Assembly (NCBI GenBank): GCA_964016885.1
Contig: OZ024759.1
Coordinates: 10,478,001-10,542,000, forward strand
DNA length: 64,000 bases
Direction of reading: 5' to 3'
From: Eledone cirrhosa
Lineage: Eukaryota
The position numbers and the translations under genes are program-made. Positions 36,493 through 49,295 of the stretch are shown piece by piece; the first letter of the stretch is position 1, and each line of letters starts with the position of its first letter. The notes beneath the pieces are model-generated. The model ran no database searches. It was not told the origin of the DNA and saw nothing but the letters and a program-made list of their open reading frames with translations.

Positions 36493-37861
36493 ATATTCTG
36501 GGATAATTGCTGGCCTTGTGCCAAAAGTAGAAACAATTAATATTAACCAGAATCTTTTTGAGATCTGTCGTCTTTTATTCAGTGTGAATATTACACTTGA
36601 ACGAATTATTTTCTAAACATCATCGTAATCAAAGGTTAACTGTTGATCAGTGTCAACTACATAGATATCGCTTTAACTTTTAACCTACGTAACAGAGCCA
36701 TTTACATTCGTAGTTTGGCAGCTTCATTTCTCTCACACTTGTCTTCTTGTACATAGAAGTAAACCTTTTGTTGTCAACAGTGAGTATAGCTCCACACCAC
36801 TGATATTGTCCAACTCATTTTTGGAGCAACGTCAAATAATGTCTTACTCAAAACTGTGGTCAATGTCGCATAGTATCTCCCACGCTTGCATGGGTCGTCT
36901 TGTTTATATATGTGTGTGCTGTTAGGGAGTGCACTTAGAGTTGTCCATTCTTTCGTGAATGTACAAACAGCACAAAGGATTATTTAGTAGGATCCTCTAC
37001 GGCCAGCTAAACCATAGTCAGTTCCTGCTTAAAGTGCGAAAGGATCAGTTTAATGACATACTTCTCGTAGGATCCTGTACAGTCAGCTAAACCCTGGTCA
37101 ATACAAGCTTAGAGGGCGAATGGATCCTATACTTCACATAATATCTATGTCCAACGAAGCAGTTTTATAGTGTATACGTCCCATGGCAAACTAAACGCTG
37201 GTCAGAGGGCGAAATAAGCCCTTCATTAATGTAGCTGGACTGTCGTCTATACGGAGTTAAGTGATTGTCCATTGAAAAAAAAATATATATATAAACGAAA
37301 TGAATTGAGGTAATTCGTTCGGATTAGATTTTCAAGACGATGTTTTTAATGAAATTAGTTTGATAATTTATAAAGATCGAATCCCTCATCGTTACAATAC
37401 CACTGATGCGCGAATAATTTTCTTGTAAAAATGTTTACTCAGAAACCGATTTACCGCCCGTTGTTTCATTTATATTTTTTTTTAACAAAAAAATGTGAAA
37501 CGTACCCATAAGGATGAGTATTCTACTCAATAGAATTGCGACCTTCGAGGTGACCTGCGAGCTGCGCCTCGGACTTCCAGTCTATATGATTGACGCTCGT
37601 TTAGTGGTGGCCTGCGATTGCTAAGTGTAGATAATTCACAGTTTTTGCTTTAAAAAATTGTGAATTATCCTCCCCTTTGATATTACCTCACTTGATTTTA
37701 AGAAACTTCATCCTTAGTTTCTTTTTTCGTCATTTACATTCTTTAGACACTTGATATATGTCCTTGGTTTCTTTCTTTGGAAACTTCATCTCCATTCTTA
37801 GTTACTTTCTTTAGACACTTCATCTACATTGTTCCTAGAAACTAAAAATGTTAGTTTTTTT

Positions 37862-38060
37862 CGTTAGAAACTTCATCTACATTTTTAGTTTCTTTCTTTA
37901 GAAACTTCATCTACATTTTTAGTTTCTTTCTTTAGAAACTTCATCTACATTTTTAGTTTCTTTCTTTAGAAACTTCATCTACATTTTTAGTTTCTTTCTT
38001 TAGAAACTTCATCTACATTTTTAGTTTCTTTTTTCATCTACATCCTTAGTTTTTTTCTTT
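37862..38060. repeat. 34-bp tandem subrepeat of the foldback arm
   Basis: TTTAGAAACTTCATCTACATTTTTAGTTTCTTTC repeated; degenerate versions occur throughout the arms of both copies. Confidence 0.85.
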
Positions 38061-38570
38061 AGACACTTCACTTGCGTTCTTTTTAGTACGTCTTACTAAG
38101 TTTCTTATAGACTCTTAATTTCTTTATTCACTTTTGTCAAAATAAACCAATATGTAAACGTTCTTTATTAACAGAAACTTCGCCATTCCCACTTGTTGCG
38201 GCAACACAGCATATGACCTCGAAGACTGGACATCTCTAAAAATAAATGGAAGTCATTTACATACGTTATCAATAAAAAGTATATTTAACTTTAATAAAAT
38301 TCTTGAAACCTTTTCCTACATCAAGGGAGGTAACTAAAGAATGTATATTAAATTTCTGAATGTAGATGAAGTGTCAGAAACTAAGAATGTAAATGGTTCT
38401 ATGTTACGTAGGCTGAAAGTTAAAGCGATATCGATCTAGTTAACACTTAATCTTCGATTACGATCATGATATCTAAAAAAAAATTCGTTTATGGCCAAAA
38501 CGAGACGGGTGTAATATTTACCCTGACCAAAGACGATAGATCTCAAAAGATTCTGGTTAATATTAATAAT

Positions 38571-38680
38571 TGTTTCTACTTTTGGCACAAGGCCAGCAAT
38601 TACCCAGTGTATTACTGGTACTTTATTTTATCGACCCCGTAAGGATGAAAGGCAAAGTTAACCTCGACGGGATTTGAACT
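38571..38680 (-). mobile_element. SINE family A, 5'-truncated
   Basis: Matches the 3' portion of 13258-13449. Confidence 0.88.
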
Positions 38681-40799
38681 AATAGCAGTCAACATCATGT
38701 GTGACAAGAGCAAGTCATCTAAAACGAATTTACAACAAAACACGAGAATATGATGAAGGGAACTACAAATATACCAACTTAATTAATAATTTTAATAAAA
38801 TCCGTTATTTCGTATGACCAAGAAATGTAGTTTTATATAGAGGTTTCTTCGAAGGAAAGGCATTCTAAAAAGAGAAAATAGTAAAACGTATTTTGGGGTC
38901 TCGAGAATATCTGCTAGTGTTGACAAGGTTTACAATAATAATAATAATAATGAATGAAATTATTGTGTACGGTGCTCAGGTGCACTACAACTCATCAAAG
39001 GTGCATGTATAGTACATAGAATAATGTACAAATGTCAATGTATTCAATAAAGAAAGATCTACAGAATGAGGTTTAAAGAGAGAAATTTGAGTTATATTTA
39101 TTAGAAAGTATGTATATGGCTTACTTGAGTTTCATATTTGTATGTTTTTTAGTTTAAAAGAAAGAATGTCGAGTAGGTGAAGATGTGGCAGAAAGCTACA
39201 GTACCTCTTCACATGAACACAATATCCAAAATGTGAGAGTTATTGACATAAAGTATGTATCTAATAGTGTGTATAGAAAGAAGGTTTAGTTTCTTAGCTG
39301 GTCCTAGTATACAGCAAAGAAAACATTACATAGCTCTCTACACGGGGAAAACAATATCCAAAGTGATTTTCTTTCAAAGAATCGGGGAAAAAAAAAAAAA
39401 AGAGTTCCATTAAGGGGAAGTAATTCTAACAAAAGGGAAATAACTCTAATCAAATTTACAGCTAGAAGCATTGTGCGTGAGGTCAAACATATAGCCAGCC
39501 TGCAAATAGGCTGCCACCTAGGCCGCGTGCCACCTCAAAGATTCGATCATCAGACACATAGAATGGTCACGCCATACATAAGTAGGCGACGAAGTCCGAA
39601 CCACTACGCACATTGCCACGCGAAGCCGCAATACTACTCAGACAATTAGTCATACTTATAGGTAAAATGTTATTTATTTACAAAAATATATATATAAACG
39701 GAAAGAAAGCGAGATAACAGGCATCAAAATATATAGTGTTACCTCACTCACATTCCGTTTCTATATATAAATTATGTTAGAAACTACTAGTATTTAGTAC
39801 ATATATACCGAACAATTAATATTTAAGTAAATATACATGTTTCTGTAAATAAATTAAAAAAAGTATATATATAAAGTTTGTTCTAAATTTATCGCCGGGT
39901 TTCCTTGTTAAGTGTCTCAGAGTACAAGACTCTCTCTGGATAGGATTCTAGTCTATCGCAGGATTAACTCCCTAACTACTGAGTGTACTGGAACATGAAA
40001 TGTTGCCCTAAAACTACTTCTTTCGCCCTCTTATCTGCTATTGACTATGGTTTAGGAGAGCTTATAAGTTAACCACACCCTAAATCCGTTTCTTTCGCCC
40101 CCTAACCTGGCATTCAAATACTAATTTGAAGCAACATCAAGTTTTCGAGGTTTGGGGAGATAGCAAGATCAAGTTAGTACTTTTGGTTTTTTTAAATTAT
40201 AAATAAAGTGAAGTCAAGTAATTCGGAGTAAACATTTTTACTGTGTTTTAGTTAAATTCTAAAATAACGAAGAACTACTATGCTAAGGGCACCCTGCTGT
40301 AGAAACCAGCTACTGTTGGATGCCCTTCCTAACATCAACCCGTGTGGACTGTGTCCTTATTTTCATGGCACCAAACCAACCAATTTACAATGTGAACTGG
40401 TCACTTTAGTCGCATCACCAAAACGACCCCTTCACGGGTTGGGCTAAGTGATTTTGTTGTGTCACCATTATGCCCACTTTACAGTGTAGGCTGGGTGCTT
40501 TTTTTCGTATCTCCAACATGACCCCTTCACAGATTGGTCTGGATGAGAGGACTTAGTGCCCTTTTGTCATGAAACCGACATGGCCACCTTACAGGGTCCA
40601 CAGCAGCATTGTGGGAGAGTCTGTTCAGCTTTCCATACATGGGTTGGTTAAGAGAGCTGCATCAGATGTGGATGGGTGGAGAGATAGGTCTAAGGAAGGT
40701 ACTTAGCTGGTGAGGGGTGGAGTGATTAACGCGTGGGAGGAGTATGGAATGGGGGAGGGAGAAGTTTGGCATACGAGAGACCTCTAGATCTTGCTTCAT

Positions 40800-41970
40800 C
40801 CCTTATACATGGGAAAGCAGGTCTTCTGCAGTACTGCTCGATACCAGAGATCATGATCCTGTGTCATCATCTTAATTGTGCAAGGTTAGCTTTTATCACC
40901 TCATCCCAGGTCTTCATGCGCCACAGCTTCCCTCACTTTGATTTCCCTGTACCTTTTTATACAGCTGTCATCCTTCATACGCATCACATGACCATACCAA
41001 CAGTCTCCTCTCTTTCACACTGCATCTGATCTCTATTATGCCCAGTTTCTCTCTCAATTCATTTATGCTTTGTATATCAATCAGAACATGCATGCTTCAT
41101 TTATTTCCAATCTTTGCAGGTCCTCTGCACACAGAGCCCTGGTTTCACTAACATGCAGCATTTTGCTGTTTGTTTACACGCATCATACAATATGCCCTTC
41201 ATTTTGAGGGAAAATCTTTTGTATCTAGCAGCAGTGGTAAATCCTTGAACTTTCTTCATCCCATTTTCACTCTGGCTACTGTACTTTTGGAACACCCTCC
41301 TCCACTGCTGATTTAGTCATCCAGGTAATGGAAACTGTTGACTATTTCTAGAGCCCTCTGGGCATTTGAAGGAGCTAGTATTCTGTAAGCTCTTGCTACT
41401 AACTGCACCTGTACATCAAACAGTTAACCTAACAGTTACCCCACTACATTTTGTGTGCCTATAGTTTGCATTTGGAACATAGGAAGACATTTCTACCTAT
41501 TCCTTTCCTACATACTGAGCAAGGCCATTTCCCTGAGGGAATCTGGGCACTATTTTCCTTTCTACATACTAGGACTTTAGTCTTTGACAAGTTAACTTTA
41601 AGACCTTTTGATTCTAGGCCTTTTTTGGAATTTCTTCTGTAATTCTACCATAGATTCAGCTCTAAGGGTTAGATCATCTGCATACATAAGTTCTCATGGG
41701 GAGCTAGTCTTAAGCTCTTCTGTTATAGCCTGCAAAGCGATACCAAACAGGAACCAACTTGATGCCTCTATAGTTTTTCCTGTCTAGAGCATCTCTGTAG
41801 CTCTTGTAGCAGTTGATGATGATACTGCTACACCAATCATTGGGTATAGCACCATTTTGTATTACTTGGTTTACAATATGTGTGGTTATGGTGCTTTCAG
41901 AATCTGGGCAACTATCCCTGAATGTCCGGCTGCCTTGCCTGTCTTCATATCCTTGATTGCCTTACTGCTG
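40800..41970 (-). mobile_element. Degenerate RTE LINE fragments
   Basis: FSLKMKGILYDAC, IPSGKWPCS and ELMYADDL motifs; collinear with the other RTE copies. Confidence 0.8.
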
Positions 41971-41988
41971 GGCTGGCTTCATAAAGGT

Positions 41989-42250
41989 TAACCCTTTAGC
42001 ATTTAAACCGGCCATATCTAGCCAGAATTCTCTCACCCCTTTCTGTTCAAATCAGTCACTCATACTGATGTTAAGGTATTGTTCTCAAAATAATATTAAA
42101 AGCTTATAGATTTGATTTACAATAGTAAATATGGAGTAATGTAAATGTTGTGTGAGATAAGAAAGATGTCGTTAAGAGGAAAATAAAACGACAGGAATGA
42201 CTGAATGTTACATCAGTAATTTATTAGTCACAGCATATTTCAGATTAAAT
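41989..42250. mobile_element. TTAA-CCC (piggyBac-like) MITE remnant
   Basis: TTAACCCTTTAGCATTTAAACCGGCC start, shared with 63662. Confidence 0.55.
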
Positions 42251-42289
42251 GAAAAGTGGTTTGTTTAGGAAGCTGTACACACACATATT

Positions 42290-43372
42290 CGAGGGGGCTT
42301 CAAGAAGTTCATGGAAAAAACGGTTTAAGTTATGATGTTTATTTTTCAACATATGCTCCATCTAGGTCAATACACTTCTGCAAGCGTTGATACCAGCCTG
42401 TAAGTCCATCTGTGTAAAACTGAAGGCCATGTGATTTAAACCATGTCAAAGCAGCTTTTTTACATCTTCAACTGATGGAAAATGGGTACCTTTCAATGAT
42501 TTTTTTTCAGGTTCAGAAACAAAAAGAAGTTGGCTGGGGCTAAATCGAGACTTGGGTGTGGGATGATTTCCCATCAAAATTCACATAACACAGCTTGTGT
42601 CTACCAAGTGCCGTATTCTTGAGGAAGTCAACCAACAAAATCCCCTCTGCATCCCAGAAGACAGGGGCCATGACCTTCACACTTGAATGCTCCGATTTTG
42701 CCTTGACTAGCCCACTTCCATATGTGGGCAGCCACTGCTTTGAGTTTTGCCCTCGGGATCATACTGGTAGAACCATGTTTCATCCTTGGTAACAATTCTC
42801 TTCAAGCTCTTTATCCCACTTGTTCAAAATTTCCATTGAAAGATCTACCCTTGTTTGCTGTTGATCTGGACACAACAGCTCTGGGACCCATCGAGCAGAA
42901 AGCTTGTTCAGCCCCAAACTCTCCACTAGAATTGTGTGGAGAACCAACGTAGATGTTGAGTGTGTGGGCTACTGATTCAATGGTTATTCGCCTATCCTTT
43001 TCAATTAGGTCGCGAACAGACTGATGTGGATGGCTTGCCACTGAAGATCATCTTCAACCTCATCTCTTCTACAACTTATCCATTTGTAGGTTGTTGATTT
43101 CATTGGGGCGTTGTCCCCATAAACTCGCGTCAATGATTTGGCTGTTCTTCCACCCTAGCTTCACCATGAATTTGATATTTGTCCTGGCCTCAATTTTGAT
43201 GCTCGTGTTGCTCGAGCAGATGCTGACTTCTGGTGCCACATTGCGACATGCATTTAAGGGTTCATGTTACTACATCTTATGACACGCTAGTACGAGAATG
43301 TACAGGTGCATTGAGATCAAAATCCCTGCATATGATTTTTAGCAATGTACTTTTTCCACAAATTTTTTGAAG
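42290..43372 (-). mobile_element. Degenerate mariner transposon
   Basis: VRDLIEKDRRITIE, a DLAPANFFLF box (YSPDLAP-like) and C-terminal DGAYVEK-stop; degenerate TIRs CTTCAAGAAGTTCATGGAAAA / TTTTCCACAAATTTTTTGAAG. Confidence 0.75.
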
Positions 43373-43440
43373 ATATATATATAAATATATAAATGAAATA
43401 ACAGGAGGCTGGACTGGTGTAAGTCCTTGAAAGGTTTATT

Positions 43441-43498
43441 ATACTATGATCATTTCAATGACCGGGTTCCATATGAATCCGGTGATATCATCAGGTAT
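43441..43498 (-). ncRNA. Minimal type I hammerhead ribozyme motif in a Penelope pLTR-like repeat
   Basis: ATAC-CTGATGA-[stem II]-GAAA-TGATCA-TA-GTAT with palindromic stem III; the host repeat (about 43395-43570) recurs inverted at about 50255-50420. Confidence 0.65.
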
Positions 43499-43989
43499 TG
43501 GAATATAACAAAGGAATATGTAAAAAACCATGGGTCCGAAAAATCAGAGACAGAGGGGACGACTGACCAACTAGCTTCTCAGCCAGCCGCCCTCAAAGTG
43601 TTGGCAACTGAAAAACTACCAATGAATATCTGGTGAGGGGGCGAAGGCTTATAATGCGCTACCACCACTCCGTCAAAGAAGAAGGGTAAGAAAGAAAGAA
43701 AGGGAAAAAGAAGTGTAGTGTAAGGGTCAAACTACATTCATGTTAGAAAATGCCGCGAAAAAATATATAAATATATATATATATATATTAGAATACATGT
43801 TTCAAATACTGTAATGTTTAAAACTGTGGTGTGAAGCAAACAAACTTTGTCTCTCCACTTGAATCCAGACCAAATGTTCACGTAACTTACAACTGACTGA
43901 GAATTACAGAGCCTCTCCGGCTCACATCTGCTCTTGGCCACGAGCTGAAGAAAAAGTGGCCATAATCAGCACCCGATCCCTGATGTGAT

Positions 43990-46090
43990 GTCCCCCACAC
44001 TTCTGGTAAGACATCCTCCATACTTCCGTCACTCCTATTTTGGCAGCTCCACACGCAGCACCAATCTCAAGGATCAATCCCACACTCATATTTATTACTC
44101 CATGTCAAAGTCTGTCATCCACCCACCCACCCGGGGAGGGGGACAACGGTCCTATTGCAATCTCCACACAGTAGGGACTGAGCTTTCGTTCTCCTCTGCT
44201 TCGGAGTCTGTCAAATCAACAATTCTACGGATATCCAAGATGTGACACAACATTCCATCCATTGAGTTGTGCAACACACATTCAAGGGCTTGACCCAAAC
44301 TTCTTCGGCCACTTGTACAAATGCATTCTCTATCTCCTCCACATGTTGTAAACATAACACCGCCTCCATTGGTGAAATGTGCCCCATTTCCACCCTAGCC
44401 TTCATCGTACAATGGTGTCTCTCTACAACCCCATTTCCTCTCGGCTTGTACGCTGCTCTGAAGAAGTATGTTCAGCACTTCTGAGTGAAACACTGTGCTC
44501 TTATCCATCAACAGTTCATCCATAGGGCCTTGATGCAACAATATCTCTCTCAGCGTCTATGCAGTCCCCATTTTCATCTCCCTCCATATTGCCATCCCGG
44601 CCCACCGTCGAGAGATACGTCCCCAGTTGTTAGTATGTCACACTGCCAATTGTTTCTAGTTGTGCTCCACCGGGATGTTACCCATCTTGTATATAACTGT
44701 GGTAGGGTCAATAGACTGACCACTTTCTGGACACTCTGGTAACATCAGAGTCGAGTTTCCTCGCTAGAAATAGGGTCCTATCCACTCCCATATGATGCAT
44801 GGTATGCAACCTCCTCAACTCCGAGTCACTCAGCTATCCCCTTTTCCGCATCCTCTGGCTCGTCCAGCCAGGCTTTCTTCACCGTGGTTTAGATGCCCAC
44901 CCTATTTTTCTCCAAGGGTACACAAGCCACACACAACTTCAGGTCAAACTCAGCAGCCAGCTCTCCCAGAGGGCGCTTTATTAACATTGCTGCTGCCCTG
45001 CTCGTTCGCACCCTCCTTTCACTGGTGAGCACTGATCTTACACATCCGAGGAAAGTGGCTGAATCAGTACGAATCTCTCTGGTGCACAGCCTTCATCTCA
45101 GGGCGTTGATGGTGTTACAATCCTCCTCCTTCCTGAGCCAGACCGACCTTGACACCTATTTCCAGGGTGACCCCTAGCGCTATGTTGTTAGCATCACACC
45201 ATACGGTCCCATTCTCTGATTTGGGGACGTATCAGCTTCCTCTTACTGGGTCATCCACCTTTACTCTCTCCACGATCTCCTGTCTCCCCAGCTCACCCCC
45301 CGTCTGCTCATCTCTCGACATAGCTGCAAACTGTTCGGAACCACCCTGTGATTGGATAGTGGCCCACCAATTTCCCACACATTGAGAAAAGTTCTTGTCT
45401 GTCCATGTCAGTTCCCAGTTCTGGGACTTCCCCTCCAAAATACCAGTGTGCCCGTCTTGTCCCTTTGCAGCTTGAGTCCCAGTGTGCCTGCTCCCTACAT
45501 TGCCTCTGGCTAGTTTGCGGTTAACCAGGACCTTTATAAATCACCTGCCCACTTGCATCGGTAGCAAATTATATCTGGCTTCAGTTCTCTGCAGTCCCTT
45601 GCAATGTGTGAACCCTGACAACTGAAGCACTGGCCTCTGAATGTGCGCTATTGAGTGCACACATGGGTTCTTCTCTCCTTGTCGATCGCTGTTGACTCTC
45701 ATGGGCTTCTGTCACTATTAGCACTGAACATTCCTCTCAGCACCTCGTGTCACTACATGGGCCTGTGTGATTAGCTCGCTCATGGTCATCTTTCTGATGC
45801 CTGGCAACTGTTGGAGCTTTACTGATTTCTCATCAGAGAACCCGCTCATGAATGCCGCCCCCGCAACCCTTTCAAGGTTTTCCCCCGTCAGCTCAGCTAG
45901 CATAGCTAACTGCTGTATCTCTGCAGCAAATACGTTTGCCCGCACTTCCATCCATCTCACTTTGCCTAACTTGTTGAAAGCAGCATAAAGCCTCTCAGTG
46001 AACGCTTGCTTATGACATTTCTATTTTCTCTTTATTCAGTTGATCTGACTCATCCATCTTGAGGTATAATGCTAGTGCATTGCTGTTAAG
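43990..46090 (-). mobile_element. Gypsy-type LTR retrotransposon internal remnant (gag, integrase; RT largely missing)
   Basis: Zinc knuckles CFSCQGSHIARDC and CYRC; integrase HHMGVDRT and YKPRGNGVVERHH motifs. Confidence 0.8.
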
Positions 46091-47210
46091 CCAGTCATGT
46101 TTTCGATGTCTTTTTAGGCATGGTTTCTACAAGTGCCCTCCCTATCACCAACCACCTTGAAGGGTGTACCAGGTGAATTTCTGTGGCACCAACGCCAGAT
46201 AGATTGCTGGTCCTTTTCCGAACAGATGAACCCTCTCTGGGAAATAAGTATGAAGTTATAACAAATGTGATGTGATTTGACGGGGTAATGAGTGACAAAA
46301 ACCTTAGAAAAAACAAATTTCCAACACGAGATGGGTGTAATTGTAAAAAATAACCATATTTTGTTTACATTTGTTTCTTGACGAGTGTTAAACAAATATA
46401 GTTACGAAATTTAGCTACACAACTGTAGCTACACTATAAATGAAGAAAAGATTAAATAAATGTTATCAAAGACCCTAGATAAATACCTCCATACGAAAAC
46501 AAGGGTAAAAAAATTACATGAACTAACATTTGTATTTAAAAGTGGTGGCGACTGACAACGAACTTCTATCGTTGTTGGTGGCTCGTTTTACTAAAATATT
46601 ATTCAATACTAATAAATGTAAATAAATATTACAGCATCTTAGTTTTACTATTCCCTGCAACAATGTCGTGAATGTCTTAGCTTCCTATTTAAAAATATTT
46701 AGAGGGAAACACCAATATTTTCTGCTCCAATGTGTAATTGGGGGTGTGTTTGTCTTGTCACGTTTTGTTTGGAATTTTGACCTTTCCTTATTTCTATAAT
46801 TAATTTCTCTCTATATATTCATTTGTAAATCATATTTGTTAGATAAATTACTTATGGACGTTGAAATAGTTAATATAATATAGAAAATAAAGTTTTTTGT
46901 AATAATTACGTAAATGTCAGACTTCAAATTTCCCGGTTTTCATCACATGTACTACCTTTCAAAGTTAGCCACACATTCTCAGTCACGCTTTCGTATTTTC
47001 GCAGGGAAATTTTTTTATTTAGTGTAATTGGTGTGAAATAAAGTTTATTAAACAAATTTCTATTCAATTATATTATTCTTGCAATAGAAAATAATAAAAT
47101 TAAGTAAAGATAGTGAGAGAGCAGCCAATCCTAGCCAGTGGTGGCTATAACTGGACCAGCGAAACCAAAGGTTGTGCATACATACGTGTATGAAATGTTG
47201 AATATACTAC

Positions 47211-47246
<36 letters not shown>

Positions 47247-47333
47247 ACATACTGTAACATAAGAAAGAAATATTTAAGGGTTTAGAGCACTCAGTCGTTA
47301 GAATGAGTTAAGTATTAGTTACAATCGTGACAT

Positions 47334-47388
47334 ATACACGTACTTAAGTTTCGTTGGGTTATACACCCTCAACTCATTCAGCTTGTTA
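47334..47388 (-). ncRNA. Variant or degenerate minimal hammerhead motif
   Basis: CTGAATGA (one extra nt)-GTTGAGGGTGTATAACCCAAC-GAAA-CTTAAG-TA; palindromic stem III, weak stem I. Confidence 0.45.
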
Positions 47389-47529
47389 TATAATGAAACT
47401 CAAGGTATGATAGCAATAAATACCAGGGTGTAATGTTCATCAATGCAAACTCCAGAGGTGAACTAGCTATCTTGATTAAACCAGGAATTAAGATGAATCC
47501 TGAGAAAGAACAAAATAATGATAATAATG

Positions 47530-49030
47530 AATTGAGAGATCACAGCTCTGATACTATGGACACGTGGTTAGAATGTCTTAGGAAAGAATCACTGGACAGA
47601 TTTGTAGCTCGGAGATCAGAGAATCACACCAGGTAGAGCTGTTGCTCCTCTGAATTGAGAGATCACAGCTCTGATACTATGGACATGAGGTTAGAATGTC
47701 TCAGGAAAGAATTGCTGGACAGATTTGTAGCTTGGAGATCAGAGAGTCACTCCCAGTAGAGCTGCTACTTCTCTGAATTGAGAGATCGCAGCTCCAATAC
47801 TATGGACATGAGGTTAGAATGTCTCAGGAAAGAATCACTGGACAGATTTGTAGCTCGGAGATCAGAGAGTCACACGAGGTAGAGCTGCTACTTCTCTGAA
47901 TTGAGAGATCGCAGCTCTGATACTATGAACATGGGGTTAAAATGTCTCAGGAAAGAATCACTGGGCAGATTTGTAGCTCAGAGATCACTCCAGATACAGC
48001 CACTACTTCTCTGAATTGTGAGATCACAGCTCTGATACTATGGACATGAGGTTAGAATGTCTCAGGAAAGAATCACTGGGCAGATTTGTAGCTCGGAGAT
48101 CAGAGGGTCACTCCAGGTAGAGCTGCTACTTCTCTGAATTGAGAGATCACAGCTCTGATACTATGGACATGAGGTTAAAATGTCTCAGGAAAGAATTGCT
48201 GGACAGATTTGTAGCTCGGAGATCAGAGAGTCACTCCAGGTAGAGCTGCTACTTCTCTGAATTGAGAGATCACAGCTCTGATACTATGGACATGTGGTTA
48301 GAATGTCTCAGAAAAGAATCACTGGACAGATTTGTAGCTCGGAGATCAGAGAGTCACTCCCAGTAGAGCCACTACTTCTCCAAATTGAGAGATTACAGCT
48401 CTGATACTATGGACATGAGGTTAGAATGTCTCAGGAAAGAATCACTGGACACATTTGTAGCTTGGAGATCAGAGAGTCACACCAGGTAGAGCTGCTACTT
48501 CTCCAAATTGTGAGATCACAGCTCTGATACTATGGACATGAGGGTAGAATGTCTCAGGAAAGAATCACTGGGCAGATTTGTAGCTCGGAGATGAGAGGGT
48601 CACTCCAGGTAGAGCTGCTACTTCTCTGAATTGAGAGATCGCAGCTCTGATACTATGGACATGTGGTTAGAATGTCTCAGGAAAGAATCACTGGGCAGAT
48701 TTGTAGCTCGGAGATCAGAGAGTCACACCAAGTAGAGCTGCTACTTCTCTGAATTGAGAGATCGCAGCTCTGATACTATGGACATGAGGTTAGAATGTCT
48801 CAGGAAAGAATTGCTGGACAGATTTTACAGGCAAAACCAACTGGCTTGAGACCCAGGGGTAGACCTCGAGCAAGATGGTTGGATAACATCCATGAGCTTG
48901 TCTGGTCTCGTTTAGGGATCCAGCTAGATCAGTTGGAGAGGGTTGCTTCTGACAGGATCCACTGGAAGGAGTGTTTGAGGAATCTTCCCCCACAACCCTC
49001 TCAGTAATAAGTGGGCCAAGAAGAGGAAGA
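47530..49030 (+). repeat. About 123-bp tandem array (roughly 10 units) derived from an RTE ORF2 segment, followed by the LINE 3' end
   Basis: Unit encodes the IERSQLxYYGH..RM motif; the last unit continues as MSQERIAGQILQAKPTGLRPRGRPRARW. Confidence 0.88.
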
Positions 49031-49295
49031 CAGAAAAAGATGATAATAATAATAATGGTTTCTTTTATTGACCACAAGGGGCCCTACACATTGGGGAGGA
49101 TACAAAGACTTATTTCTTAGTTCTGCTGAAGATATCAATATTAACATAAAATTAAGGCATCATATCTTTCAAAATAATTTAACAACTTTAAAAATAAGTA
49201 GAACTTTATATATATATATATACACACACACACTTATATATACACATATAAATACACACATATATATATACACACGTATATTTACACACATATGG

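Larger units (their letters stand above)
34340..39700. repeat. Second, more diverged copy of the foldback-like family
   Basis: About 34340-36740 resembles the left arm (19845-22340) and about 37670-39700 resembles the right arm (23600-29180), including the terminal GC-rich block at about 39490-39630. Confidence 0.8.
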
